DNA of 64,000 bases, taken from Escherichia phage LPEK22. Below, piece by piece: positions 44,921-54,818 of this stretch. Position 1 is the first letter of the stretch. Every line of letters starts with the position of its first letter. The DNA is taken from sequence record OK283619.1; one strand, 5' to 3'. The position numbers were made by a program, and so were the translations under genes. Below the pieces are notes generated by a model that was not told the origin of the DNA, ran no database searches, and saw only the letters and a program-made list of their open reading frames with translations.

Positions 44921-47197
44921 ATGATTAACATCATAAAGCGGGACGGATCTTCTGTCCCCTTTGACATTGAAAAACTCCATACCGTTATTGAACGAGCATG
45001 TGACGGCCTTGAAGGAGTATCGGTGTCTGAGGTGGAAGCTGCATCGAAGATCCAATTCACCGATAACATGAAAACCGAACGCATTCAGGATATCATTATC
45101 CAAGCTGCGGCCACCTTAATTTCTGTTGATAAACCCAACTATCAATATGTTGCTGCCCGCCTGAAGTCGTATGACCTGCGCAAGGTTGTCTATGGTCAGT
45201 ACAAGCCACCTCATTTGCTGGATATCTTTGCAAAGAACACCAAGCTGGGTGTTTATGACCGCGAATTCCTCGAACTTTACTCTAAAGAAGAATTCGAAGA
45301 ACTTAACACAGTCATCAACCACAAACGCGACAAGAATTTCACTTGGGCAGCAATGGGCCAGCTGACTCAAAAATATCTTTTGCGTGATCGTTCTTCTGAC
45401 AGCAAAGTGTATTATGAAACCCCTCAAGTCATGTACATGGCAATCGCTATGGCATTATTCTCAGCGTGGGATAAAGAAAGCAGACTGACAATGGTGAAGA
45501 AGTTCTATGAATACGCCAGTACAGGCAAATTCAGTCTTCCAACACCTATTATGTCCGGCGTCCGCACCCCGACCCGACAGTTCAGCTCTTGTGTATTGAT
45601 CAAAACTGGTGACACATTGGACTCAATTAATGCCACTGCGAAAAGCATCGTGGATTATGTTTCCAAACGTGCTGGCATCGGATTCGATGTTGGGGCAATT
45701 CGTGGCATCGGTAGCCCTATCCGTAAAGGGGAAATGGTCCATACAGGTCTGGTTCCATTCATCAAGTATTTGACTGGTGCCCTGAAGTCTTGCTCTCAAG
45801 GCGGTATCCGTGGTGGATCGGCAACATGCTATGTTCCCATCTGGCATTATCAATTTGATGATGTCGTTGTTCTCAAAAACAACCGTGGATTGGAAGAGAA
45901 CCGTGAACGCCGTATCGACTATGGGATTCAGATTAACCGCGTCATGTTCGAGCGCCTGGTGAACAAACAGCCTCTATACCTGTTTGATCCAAAAGACAAC
46001 CGCGAAATGTATGAAGCATTTTTCGCAGACGTCAATAAATTCCGCGAAATGTACGACAATATGATCAAGGCCGCCGACGCCGGGTTATGTCGTTCCAAAA
46101 AGCTGCAAGCTGAAGAAGTGTTCCAAATGCTACTAGACCAGCGTTCTGACACTGGACGGATCTACATCGCATTCGTTGATCACATGAACGAGTATAGTCC
46201 GTTCAATTTGGACACGATTTATAGCTCTAATCTGTGTTTAGAAATCGCGCTTCCGACTCGTGAGTTCCAACAGTATGATGATGAAGATGGTCGCATTGCC
46301 CTGTGTACACTCGCATCATTTAACCTGACGGCGTTTGAAGATCCAACAGAAATGGAAGATGTTGCTTTCGTTCTGGTTTCAGCTTTGGATATGTTGTTGG
46401 AATATCAGGACTACCCAGCTCGCCAAGCCCGTTTGGCCGTAGAAGAATATCGTCCTCTGGGTATCGGTATCGTCAACGTCGCACATTTCCTGGCCAAGAA
46501 TTTCACGGGTTATGGATCGCCTATCGGATTAGAACTTCTAGACAAGTGGATGGCGCATCTTCATTTCTACTTGGTCAAAGCGTCCAACCGTCTGGCCATG
46601 CGTTTCGGATCTTGTAAGAAATCAACTATCCATGATTCCGGATTTGTAACAGCCGACCTTCAGCCTCTCCCGCTGGACATCCTACCCAATGGCAAAAAGC
46701 CTGTTGGGCAAGCCTATGGTCTTGACTGGGAAGGTCTTAAGCAGAACCTATCCGAGTATGGGATCCGTAACGCCACGTTGTTAGCCGTAGCACCAACTGA
46801 AAGCTCCTCTCAGGTGCTGAACGCAACGAACGGTATAGAGCCACCCAAAGGCCTCATCAGTATCAAAGGCAGCAAGGATGGCGTCTACAAGCAGATCGTT
46901 CCGGACGTTGAAACCCTTGGTCCTCTATATGACCTGAAATGGAATCTGGATTGTATTGAATACCTGAAGACGGCTGCGGTCATACAACGTTGGGTAGATC
47001 AATCTATCAGTACCAACACATGGTATGACCCAGAGAAATATCCAGAAGGCAAGATCCCGCGCTCTCTTATGATGCAGGATATTCTGTCTTTCTACATGTG
47101 GGGTGGTAAAACTCTGTATTACAACACCAACAAAGACTCCAAGGAAGATGAAGAGTTGAAACAAGTTGAAGAAATTTGTGATACCTGTGTTGTTTGA
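44921..47197 (+). CDS. nrdA: ribonucleotide reductase large subunit (class Ia NrdA)
   Basis: N-terminal ATP-cone (IIKRDGSSVPFDIEKL), catalytic Cys/Asn/Glu motifs (SSCVLI, NLCLEIALP), C-terminal redox tail CDTCVV. Confidence 0.95.
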   Translation: MINIIKRDGSSVPFDIEKLHTVIERACDGLEGVSVSEVEAASKIQFTDNMKTERIQDIIIQAAATLISVDKPNYQYVAARLKSYDLRKVVYGQYKPPHLLDIFAKNTKLGVYDREFLELYSKEEFEELNTVINHKRDKNFTWAAMGQLTQKYLLRDRSSDSKVYYETPQVMYMAIAMALFSAWDKESRLTMVKKFYEYASTGKFSLPTPIMSGVRTPTRQFSSCVLIKTGDTLDSINATAKSIVDYVSKRAGIGFDVGAIRGIGSPIRKGEMVHTGLVPFIKYLTGALKSCSQGGIRGGSATCYVPIWHYQFDDVVVLKNNRGLEENRERRIDYGIQINRVMFERLVNKQPLYLFDPKDNREMYEAFFADVNKFREMYDNMIKAADAGLCRSKKLQAEEVFQMLLDQRSDTGRIYIAFVDHMNEYSPFNLDTIYSSNLCLEIALPTREFQQYDDEDGRIALCTLASFNLTAFEDPTEMEDVAFVLVSALDMLLEYQDYPARQARLAVEEYRPLGIGIVNVAHFLAKNFTGYGSPIGLELLDKWMAHLHFYLVKASNRLAMRFGSCKKSTIHDSGFVTADLQPLPLDILPNGKKPVGQAYGLDWEGLKQNLSEYGIRNATLLAVAPTESSSQVLNATNGIEPPKGLISIKGSKDGVYKQIVPDVETLGPLYDLKWNLDCIEYLKTAAVIQRWVDQSISTNTWYDPEKYPEGKIPRSLMMQDILSFYMWGGKTLYYNTNKDSKEDEELKQVEEICDTCVV

Positions 47198-47267
47198 TTA
47201 GGTCTATACAACACAAACGTTTAATATCAGGGGTGATTCGTCACCCCTTATTCATCAGGAAAGAAAC

Positions 47268-48371
47268 ATGAACGAACAAAAGCAATTCTCAGTATTCGAT
47301 CCATCTTCAAATAATACAGGACTGCCATTCTTTGGCGACCCTGTAAGTATCCAGCGTTATGACAAAGTGGCTTGGCCTTTTGTTCAAAAATGGTATGAAA
47401 AAGGCCTCAGCCAATTCTGGCGTCCGGAAGAAGTGGATGTCACCAAAGACAAAGCAGACTTTGCCACTCTATCCGCTGCGGAACAACACATCTACTTCAG
47501 CAACCTGAAACGACAGACCATGCTGGATTCTATCCAGGGTGCTGCTCCGTTCGAAGCGTTTGGCCCATGGGCATCAACACCAGAAGCGCAATTTGCTATT
47601 CTGGAGTGGACGCGCCAAGAAGCCATCCACTCACTATCTTACACGCATATCCTTCGTAACACAGTGAATGATCCTGGTATCGTTTTTGACCATGTTCTGG
47701 ACGTTCAGGAGATCGTCGATTGCGCCGGACAGATCAGCGTATACTACGACGACATGGTGCGTTACAGCGGGATGCGTATGGCTGGACGCGCGTTCACCCG
47801 TGAAGACATCATGAACGCCAAGCGTGCATTCTGGCGTGCTCTGTTTGCCGCCAACTCCCTCGAAGGCGTCCGTTTCTATGTTTCATTTGCGTGTTCTTGG
47901 GCATTCATGCAATTCCTCAACAAAATGGAAGGCAACGCTAAAATCATCCGTCAGATTGCTCGTGATGAGCAAGATCACCTCATCCTGACCCAGACTTTCC
48001 TGAACCGTCTGCCACTGATGGACCCTGATTTTGCCATTATTAGAGAAGAACTGCGCGGCGAAATGACCCAGATGTATGTCGACGTTGTCAACCAAGAAAA
48101 AGAATGGGCGAATTATCTGTTCAAAGACGGCTCAATGCTGGGACTGAATGCAAATATCCTTCATCAAATGGTGGACTGGTTGGCAACACACCGTATGGGA
48201 GCTATTGGCCACCCATATCCAGGACAAGCCCGTAAAGACAATCCGGTGCCATGGATAAATGAGTGGCTAGATAATAAAACAATGCAATATGCATTACAGG
48301 AAGCGGAAGCCCCTGATTATCTGACTGGTGTCCTTACTGGATCAGTCTCCGACGGTCTGAAATTTGCCTAA
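47268..48371 (+). CDS. nrdB: ribonucleotide reductase small subunit (NrdB)
   Basis: Di-iron/tyrosyl-radical protein of NrdB size directly after nrdA; EAIHSLSYTHI and ANSLEGVRFY blocks. Confidence 0.92.
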   Translation: MNEQKQFSVFDPSSNNTGLPFFGDPVSIQRYDKVAWPFVQKWYEKGLSQFWRPEEVDVTKDKADFATLSAAEQHIYFSNLKRQTMLDSIQGAAPFEAFGPWASTPEAQFAILEWTRQEAIHSLSYTHILRNTVNDPGIVFDHVLDVQEIVDCAGQISVYYDDMVRYSGMRMAGRAFTREDIMNAKRAFWRALFAANSLEGVRFYVSFACSWAFMQFLNKMEGNAKIIRQIARDEQDHLILTQTFLNRLPLMDPDFAIIREELRGEMTQMYVDVVNQEKEWANYLFKDGSMLGLNANILHQMVDWLATHRMGAIGHPYPGQARKDNPVPWINEWLDNKTMQYALQEAEAPDYLTGVLTGSVSDGLKFA

Positions 48372-48380
48372 AGGTGAGAA

Positions 48381-48605
48381 ATGATTACGATTTATTCCAA
48401 ACAAGGTTGTGCGCAATGTTTACAAGCTGAAAACATCTGTCGCATTCGCGGTATTGAACATAAGATTCTGAAACTTGATAAAGATTACAAGCTGGAAGAA
48501 TTACAGAAAATCACTGGTAAACAGCGCATGTCTATGCCCGTGATTGTCCTGGCTGATCAAACCGTGACCGACGTTACTGGACTCGCCGCAAGTTTGAAAC
48601 GCTGA
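48381..48605 (+). CDS. glutaredoxin/NrdH-like redoxin
   Basis: 74 aa with CAQC redox motif immediately after nrdB. Confidence 0.7.
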   Translation: MITIYSKQGCAQCLQAENICRIRGIEHKILKLDKDYKLEELQKITGKQRMSMPVIVLADQTVTDVTGLAASLKR

Positions 48606-48612
48606 TCTTTCA

Positions 48613-48660
48613 AAGCCCCTCAATGAGGGGCTTTACTTTTGAAACCTTTCCGCCTATACT
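48613..48660 (+). promoter_or_regulatory. terminator hairpin plus early promoter: -35 CTTTAC, 18 bp, -10 TATACT
   Basis: Hairpin AAGCCCCTC/GAGGGGCTT whose 3-prime arm runs into the CTTTAC -35. Confidence 0.6.
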
Positions 48661-48711
48661 TCCCAGTAATTTATTGGCAAACGCCACAAATTGAATAGCA
48701 GGAACTATATC

Positions 48712-48945
48712 ATGACCAACTCTGAAATATATCATGCTTCTATGCATTATCACGACCTACGCGCCCGTCCAGGACACGCAAAACAAAAAGCATTCTGGGT
48801 GGCAGAACTCAGATTACGCCGTGCTGTCGTTAACCACCAAATAATCATGAATCGGAAAAACGACAAATCACCGTTGTTGGCAGATTCTTATCTTGAACTC
48901 CGCACAGCCTATGAACAAGCCAAACAGCACGTAATAGGAGCATAA
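48712..48945 (+). CDS. hypothetical early protein (77 aa)
   Basis: Start at ATG after conserved AGCAGGAACTATATCATG motif, downstream of early promoter 48631-48660. Confidence 0.45.
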   Translation: MTNSEIYHASMHYHDLRARPGHAKQKAFWVAELRLRRAVVNHQIIMNRKNDKSPLLADSYLELRTAYEQAKQHVIGA

Positions 48946-48946
48946 C

Positions 48947-49408
48947 ATGTCCAACAAATTACTCACCAACCCTCGTCACAACTTCGGTTACATCCAATTG
49001 CCTGAAGTGATCGATACGTTATTCCCAGAAGACAAGGAAGAAGTTTGTTGGGCACCAGCGACTCTTATTGAACGCGAAATTTTCAAATCTGAAGTAGACG
49101 TGATGTTCCGCATCGGTTCATCCGGAGACCTCCATTATTTGGGGAAAGTGACCGAGTTAAAGACCTGCCATGCTCAAAGATTTTTGCGCATTGACACCAC
49201 TCAATGTGAAGACTTTTCATTCAGCATTCTGCGTGAATATGTTCAGGTCAACCGTCCTGTGTATCAACACCGTCCTTATTTGACGTCGATGCATATAGAC
49301 AATTATATTTCTGACATTCATTTACGTGCATCAACTATCCATGAAGAAGATTCTGGTGTCGCGGTTGATACAGTACTCAATATGATCGTCATTACTTTGG
49401 TGCCGTGA
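48947..49408 (+). CDS. hypothetical protein (153 aa)
   Basis: ORF with GGAG RBS. Confidence 0.45.
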   Translation: MSNKLLTNPRHNFGYIQLPEVIDTLFPEDKEEVCWAPATLIEREIFKSEVDVMFRIGSSGDLHYLGKVTELKTCHAQRFLRIDTTQCEDFSFSILREYVQVNRPVYQHRPYLTSMHIDNYISDIHLRASTIHEEDSGVAVDTVLNMIVITLVP

Positions 49409-49409
49409 T

Positions 49410-49748
49410 ATGTACAAATTCCCGATATTAGAAACAGTGTACTCTGTTCACAAAAAGGAAGGTCCATTATTTGAAAATTTGGATATTCTGTTAAAGGAAA
49501 ATGTCCGTATCCCTCTGGTTCTAAAGGGAAAGCAAATAGGATATAGCCATGACTGCCAAATAATGCGTTCTGAAGGCACCAACGTCTTACGCATCCGTCT
49601 GACATTTGTGTTGACAGGTAATCTGGACGGTATGGTGGTTAATCTGAAACCAACCACCATAGTCCACAGAACGGGTGGGAAAATATTATATCGTTTATTA
49701 ACTCATTTTGAGTTGGTGACAAAATGCTCTGCCACGGACGTTCTTTAA
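49410..49748 (+). CDS. hypothetical protein (112 aa)
   Basis: ORF overlapping upstream stop. Confidence 0.4.
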   Translation: MYKFPILETVYSVHKKEGPLFENLDILLKENVRIPLVLKGKQIGYSHDCQIMRSEGTNVLRIRLTFVLTGNLDGMVVNLKPTTIVHRTGGKILYRLLTHFELVTKCSATDVL

Positions 49749-50129
49749 TCAATTTGTCCGTTTCAACCATATGGTGTCTGTTATCGGCTCTGGGTTGTTG
49801 ACCACATAGAACGTGATGGTTACGCCCAGAGAATGATAATCGTCCGACAATGATACATCAACAGATTGCAATTCAGCTCTTGGCTCAAAAAGAGCAATGG
49901 CATCTTCAACTTTGTTCTTCACGTCGACCTGTATCGTGGGATTTGTGTTTTCTCCCAACATGGTATACAACCCCGCCCCAATACTCGGATACGTCGGCCA
50001 ATCACCTACCGTCGACATTACTATATTACGCACAGATTGTAGTACAGCATAAATGCCTGTTTTCTTAGTGACATCTTTGGTGACCGGATGCATGCCAAAC
50101 TTCAGGTCAATGTCCTTGTACTCTTTCAT
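49749..50129 (-). CDS. 25: baseplate wedge protein (gp25-like)
   Basis: Collinear with T4 gp25 (DIDLKF..., conserved central block, NNPEPITDTI tail); start moved from GTG to ATG (MKEYKDIDLK). Confidence 0.8.
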   Translation of the reverse strand: MKEYKDIDLKFGMHPVTKDVTKKTGIYAVLQSVRNIVMSTVGDWPTYPSIGAGLYTMLGENTNPTIQVDVKNKVEDAIALFEPRAELQSVDVSLSDDYHSLGVTITFYVVNNPEPITDTIWLKRTN

Positions 50130-50193
50130 GTTAAACCCCTTTGGATATTGCCTCTCCAGCACGAGAGGGCATTATCTGCCCTCACCAGTGTAA

Positions 50194-51819
50194 TCATGCG
50201 CCTTTACCACCAAAATTGCCGCCGTTATCCTCTAACTCCGGTTTTATATCAATTGGACCTGGGCCTGTAGTTGTTACAGGAGTTGCCCCCGCACGTGAGG
50301 CGGCGCGACCAGCGCCTTCAGCATATTTGATGTTGCCTTCAATAGTCTGCGCCACCGACAACTTATCACAAACTATTTCACTAGCCAGTATTTTAGGCAC
50401 TTTCAAAGTATTGGAAACTTCCAACATTTCACAGATGAGACGCAACACGTTCTGTGCCTGTATCTCAGCCAATTGGGAAAATTTCATCAACGCTGTTCCA
50501 GCGACCACATTGGAATAGTTAGAAGAGTGTAAGTGGTAAACTTCTCCTTTCTTGCGCTGTACTTCAGTCCCACCAATTGTCAGGTTATGATCACCCCCCA
50601 CATAATAACGTTTGTCGAACATCGTCAGGTCATAATGATCTTTGACTGATTTATTAACAACATCACCGTCAGGAAGCATTTGCTTGTAAGACCCAGAAGA
50701 GTGCATCCAATGCAAACGTTCCCCGCCTGGAGTGTCATCGACCTCCATAATATGCCCAGCGCGAGAAGCCATAACATTGTTGTATGGATAACGAGACCCC
50801 CCAGCCGAAGGAACCGATACCTCTCCTGTGTTGTCAATATCCTGAACACGACCAGAAGGAGGCGGTGTTTCTTGGACTTTCGGGGTACGATCCGGAATAG
50901 GTTCAGACCATTTACCATTTTGTTGTGCCGGAGCTGCTGAAGCTGTAGTTGCTGGACCTGGCCAACGATAACCCAACACGGATGAGCGGCTAAAACGGCT
51001 CACCTTCACAGAATCGGATTGGTTTCCCCCGATACACCAAACGTAGTTGGCGTCAAATTTCTGAACGAATGCAACGTGACCGAATGTCGGGTTGTTCCCG
51101 CGCCGGAACACTACAACAGCGCCGTAACGTGGTTCTGACAGAGGAGACCCCCATTGTAAATATGAACGAGCCAAAGCAGAACGTGTTGATGTATATCCGG
51201 CCTGTATCAGAACCCATCCGACAAACGACGCACACCAACTAACTTCATCTTCTGACGCCCCCAGGGAAGTTGTCTTATGATATTCCAATATCCTTGGGTT
51301 GTTATTGAACTTACCAGAATATTCTTTGACACCCAATTCCCCACGAGCCACGGTCATCCACTTCTCAGGATCATATCCGTCTACTGGTGGTTGTGGATCC
51401 GGTTGCGGTTCATCCTCAATCTTAACAGGAACATTCTCGACGGCATTATACTTCTGCCTTTCTATAGATTGAACGACCTGACCCAGCGCCAATGGGTTTG
51501 TATCTGACCCATCTGTTGGTGTTGCTGCTGGCCATACCCATGCAATACGGATGTTCTGATATGCTTCATCCAAAGCAAACCCCATGACGTCAGAGCCGAC
51601 AGTGATACCCGTCGGAGACCAGCCTAAACCTGCCGAGGAGGCGTTAGATGCTGGCATAAGCATTTTACCCCAAGGCAATAATTCGGTAGGCAGGAGAGTG
51701 GTATCCTCCGTGTGTACCCCATAGATGCGTACTGCGACGCGCCCGTTTTGATCGGGATCATTCACGTCTTCAACGCGCCCGTAAAACCAACGCAAGTTGT
51801 CTAACATATTGAAACCCAT
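50194..51819 (-). CDS. 5: baseplate central spike (gp5-like) carrying a CHAP/NlpC-P60-type peptidase domain
   Basis: N-terminal OB motif VEDVNDPDQNGRVAVRIYGVH; middle CHAP-like WCASFVGW (Cys) and GHVAFV (His); C-terminal beta-helix-like repeats; late promoter upstream. Confidence 0.75.
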   Translation of the reverse strand: MGFNMLDNLRWFYGRVEDVNDPDQNGRVAVRIYGVHTEDTTLLPTELLPWGKMLMPASNASSAGLGWSPTGITVGSDVMGFALDEAYQNIRIAWVWPAATPTDGSDTNPLALGQVVQSIERQKYNAVENVPVKIEDEPQPDPQPPVDGYDPEKWMTVARGELGVKEYSGKFNNNPRILEYHKTTSLGASEDEVSWCASFVGWVLIQAGYTSTRSALARSYLQWGSPLSEPRYGAVVVFRRGNNPTFGHVAFVQKFDANYVWCIGGNQSDSVKVSRFSRSSVLGYRWPGPATTASAAPAQQNGKWSEPIPDRTPKVQETPPPSGRVQDIDNTGEVSVPSAGGSRYPYNNVMASRAGHIMEVDDTPGGERLHWMHSSGSYKQMLPDGDVVNKSVKDHYDLTMFDKRYYVGGDHNLTIGGTEVQRKKGEVYHLHSSNYSNVVAGTALMKFSQLAEIQAQNVLRLICEMLEVSNTLKVPKILASEIVCDKLSVAQTIEGNIKYAEGAGRAASRAGATPVTTTGPGPIDIKPELEDNGGNFGGKGA

Positions 51820-51840
51820 TAGTCAATTAGAATCATGTGA

Positions 51841-51848
51841 TATTTATG
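51841..51848 (-). promoter_or_regulatory. late-promoter-like CATAAATA upstream of gp5-like gene
   Basis: Minus-strand CATAAATA 21 nt upstream of ATG at 51819; one mismatch to consensus. Confidence 0.4.
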
Positions 51849-52150
51849 GCGGGGATTTGAAATCTGTCGAATAATATATTATAGGAAGCTCTGCTTCCGT
51901 TCAACCTTTATTCTTTTCGTTCCTACTCGCTGAAGCTCGTAACACCGCCTTGACAGGCAGTCCCATTCCAATGCCATGGAGGCATAAAGGCGAGGAAAAT
52001 ACTGTACACCTCAGAACATGCGTAGAAAAGGATTATTTTTGCTTCAAAACAAATTCAAACCCCAATTACACAACACTTACTTCAGCAACAACGGTGTTAT
52101 AGCAATTTAAGGTTAAACGTTCCTGTCTTAACCTATAAAACAGGTAAGCA

Positions 52151-52176
52151 AAGAAAACCCCACATTACGTGGGGTT
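52151..52176 (-). terminator. rho-independent terminator on minus strand
   Basis: Minus-strand AACCCCAC-GTAATG-TGGGGTT followed by TTCTTTG, about 150 nt after stop of gene 52326-53132. Confidence 0.5.
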
Positions 52177-52325
52177 GGAAGATTTCTTAGACAATCTAAT
52201 TTTCAGTGTCTCGGTAAGCAAATCAAGATGCCACGGCATCGATTCACTGATTTCAAATATGCTATAGCCGTGTGCCTTTAATTCGTCACACATCACAAAA
52301 TAGGAGAGTAAATCAATTTCAAAAA

Positions 52326-53132
52326 TTAAATGAAAATCTCGGTGACACTGTTAAATTTGACTTCGTGTTCTTTCCCACACGAAGGGCATTTAATTTTTGT
52401 CGCGTAACGAATACGCGGAATCTTTTTAAAGAAATCATTCGAAATGTCCTGAACAATCTCAGATTCAATATTGTCCCCGACCCATTTGACAAATTCATCC
52501 TTAATGCGTTGGCGTTCTTTAGCAACTTCTGGATCGATACCAGGTTCAGCCGGATTTTCCACCTTCCAAACCTGACCATCGTCGTCATACAGACAATCGA
52601 TAAAGGTGGCAATCATTTGTTCAACAGAGGATGCTTCATTAAGCACTGAGGCATCCGAGAAGGACGGCTGGCGCATCTTTATATGATAACCACCTGGTAG
52701 ATCAAACGTCTCCCTGAAGCCTTCTGGGGACACGCATTTTACCTGATTGAGCGGGATCGGTAACACAAGCTCTTGACCACAATCTTTAAGGCCAGAAACT
52801 GGTTCTTCACCACCTTCATTGGTTTCGGCTTGAACTTTGTTATTACATTTGTAACGTATCTTCATGACCTCGCCGATAGATATACAGCGCATCTTTAAAA
52901 ATACTTCTTCAGTAACACCGATTGGCAGTTTACTAAAGGGAACGCCAGCATCAACACAACTGTCAAATAGTTGCTCCAATGTTGCCACGCGCTCACTCAT
53001 AGGAGTGTTCGGATCAGCAACCTGAAGTAACATGGTCTGTTGCCCTGCTGTAAAGGCGCGGTATTTGATCACAGTCGGCCAGAAATCACTTTTATGTGTT
53101 CTCTCAGTTTTGGGCAATGATGGTAAATTCAT
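52326..53132 (-). CDS. late protein with C-terminal zinc ribbon (268 aa), possibly baseplate-associated
   Basis: Perfect TATAAATA 28 nt upstream of ATG with GGAG RBS; C-terminal CPSCGKEH; identity as a baseplate hub subunit unconfirmed. Confidence 0.5.
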   Translation of the reverse strand: MNLPSLPKTERTHKSDFWPTVIKYRAFTAGQQTMLLQVADPNTPMSERVATLEQLFDSCVDAGVPFSKLPIGVTEEVFLKMRCISIGEVMKIRYKCNNKVQAETNEGGEEPVSGLKDCGQELVLPIPLNQVKCVSPEGFRETFDLPGGYHIKMRQPSFSDASVLNEASSVEQMIATFIDCLYDDDGQVWKVENPAEPGIDPEVAKERQRIKDEFVKWVGDNIESEIVQDISNDFFKKIPRIRYATKIKCPSCGKEHEVKFNSVTEIFI

Positions 53133-53160
53133 AATGTATCTCCACGGTATATTGTAATTG

Positions 53161-53168
53161 TATTTATA
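53161..53168 (-). promoter_or_regulatory. T4-type late promoter TATAAATA
   Basis: Exact minus-strand TATAAATA 28 nt upstream of ATG at 53132, with GGAG RBS between. Confidence 0.6.
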
Positions 53169-53181
53169 ACGAGGACTGAAA

Positions 53182-53706
53182 ATGCACGCGTTCTGTTTCA
53201 GTAAAGTGGGGGAGCAACTCGCAATTAATTATCCGGATGCAAACACGGACTTTTTTGTATTACTCACAGATTTTGCAAATAAATTGGGGATAAAGAATGT
53301 CGCCATGACCGTGTCCGATATGAAATTCGGGTGGCTGGGAGTTAAAGATTTATTGAATTATGGATTCAATGTGATTATCGTTGATCCAACGTACAGCCCA
53401 ATTGACGAGGAAGATGTTATTCCAGTTTGGGTTCAACGAGACATAAACACTCTGGATAAGCATTATCCCGATTGTGTCATCATTGGCGAATTAATACCGT
53501 ATTTTCATAAACGTCGTCGCCTTGAAACAATTAAAAGTTATTTTCAAGATAATGATTGTGGATATAAAATGGATGTCCTTACGAGCGGTTGGGTTGTGAA
53601 GAATACCACAGGCAATGCCGACCGAATTACTTCTCGTCTTTATGAATATGTTAAAGAACGGGATTATGAACTGGAGAACAATAATGCCAAACGTAGAACG
53701 CGCTGA
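53182..53706 (+). CDS. hypothetical protein (174 aa)
   Basis: ORF with GAGGA RBS, divergent from the late gene at 52326-53132. Confidence 0.4.
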   Translation: MHAFCFSKVGEQLAINYPDANTDFFVLLTDFANKLGIKNVAMTVSDMKFGWLGVKDLLNYGFNVIIVDPTYSPIDEEDVIPVWVQRDINTLDKHYPDCVIIGELIPYFHKRRRLETIKSYFQDNDCGYKMDVLTSGWVVKNTTGNADRITSRLYEYVKERDYELENNNAKRRTR

Positions 53707-54169
53707 TATTCAGCAGGTACAAGACGTCATCCTTCAACGCCTTCGCGCTGTGATCACAAATGAAAAGGGAGAAATTGCGCCAGGGTTTGAAGGCGCATTC
53801 GACGGTTTCGTTGCTGATGATCAGGGGAACCCCGTTGTACAAACGATCGCTGGCATGATTATGCTGAATAGCGAATTTATGGCTGATGGTAAAATCCATT
53901 ATTCACCCAATCTCAGTGTTGACGGAGAATCTTTGGCTTCCGAAGTGGTTGATTTAACGGTTGCCGTTGGTGAGTTGGGTTATGTTTTGATGGTTTGCAC
54001 CGCGCATTATGTGGACGCCAACGGCCATGTGTCATATGGTGATGAAGCGCGGGGGATCAAACGTCATGTGGACACTTCTGCATTACTGCAACAGATACGT
54101 CAGATGCAAGAAGAAATGGACTCCAAACCTCGCCTGATTTTACCGGAAAGCAAAATCGTCACCAGATAA
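53684..54169 (+). CDS. hypothetical acidic protein (162 aa)
   Basis: Start chosen at internal ATG with GGAG RBS; start uncertain. Confidence 0.4.
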   Translation: MPNVERADIQQVQDVILQRLRAVITNEKGEIAPGFEGAFDGFVADDQGNPVVQTIAGMIMLNSEFMADGKIHYSPNLSVDGESLASEVVDLTVAVGELGYVLMVCTAHYVDANGHVSYGDEARGIKRHVDTSALLQQIRQMQEEMDSKPRLILPESKIVTR

Positions 54170-54206
54170 TCCGGTCTAAATACCCATAACACAATGAAAC
54201 TTCGTT

Positions 54207-54818
54207 ATGGGTATTTTTATGAAATTTTGCGGAATCGACTATTCTTACGGCTGTCCAGCCATGTGCTTCTGGGACGACAAAGATCCTCTGGATTTTGATC
54301 ATCTTCATTTCTATGCACATCATACCGTTGAGAAGCACTGTCGTCAAGTGCGACACAATATTCTTATTTTACGTCAACCCAAATATGAATCCCCCGAAGA
54401 ACGGTTTTATAACATTTCCAAATGGGCTGAAGCCGTACTTCTTACAGAGAAGCCGGATTTCATCACCCTAGAAGGCTATGCTATGGGGAATTCAAAAAAC
54501 TCCAACAACATATGCCAAACCGCCGAGAACACATCTCTATTGAAACAAGCGATGCGCCGTAACAATATGGAATTTCAGATTGTTACCCCGTCTTTTGTTA
54601 AGAAACATTTTTGTGGTAAAGGAAATGCCGACAAATTGGTCATGATAGATCACTTTGAGAAGCTGTTCAACGTTAAGATGCGCGGTATAATGGACATGTT
54701 GGATGTGAAGGATCCAAAGCCAATCGATGACCTCGTGGATTCGTTTGCAAATATGGTTTCTGGTCCTTACTTCATAGAAAATTATCCTGATTTCAATAGA
54801 GGTGTAAGAAATGATTAA
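54207..54818 (+). CDS. possible RuvC-like Holliday junction resolvase
   Basis: FCGIDYS (Asp), ITLEGYA (Glu), KLVMIDHF (Asp/His) laid out as in RuvC catalytic residues; tentative. Confidence 0.35.
   Translation: MGIFMKFCGIDYSYGCPAMCFWDDKDPLDFDHLHFYAHHTVEKHCRQVRHNILILRQPKYESPEERFYNISKWAEAVLLTEKPDFITLEGYAMGNSKNSNNICQTAENTSLLKQAMRRNNMEFQIVTPSFVKKHFCGKGNADKLVMIDHFEKLFNVKMRGIMDMLDVKDPKPIDDLVDSFANMVSGPYFIENYPDFNRGVRND

Noticed and set aside
52330-52407. Short + strand ORF (about 25 codons) after the GGAGAG near 52300
   Set aside because: Antisense to the C-terminus of the late zinc-ribbon gene and RBS spacing of about 20 nt is too long.
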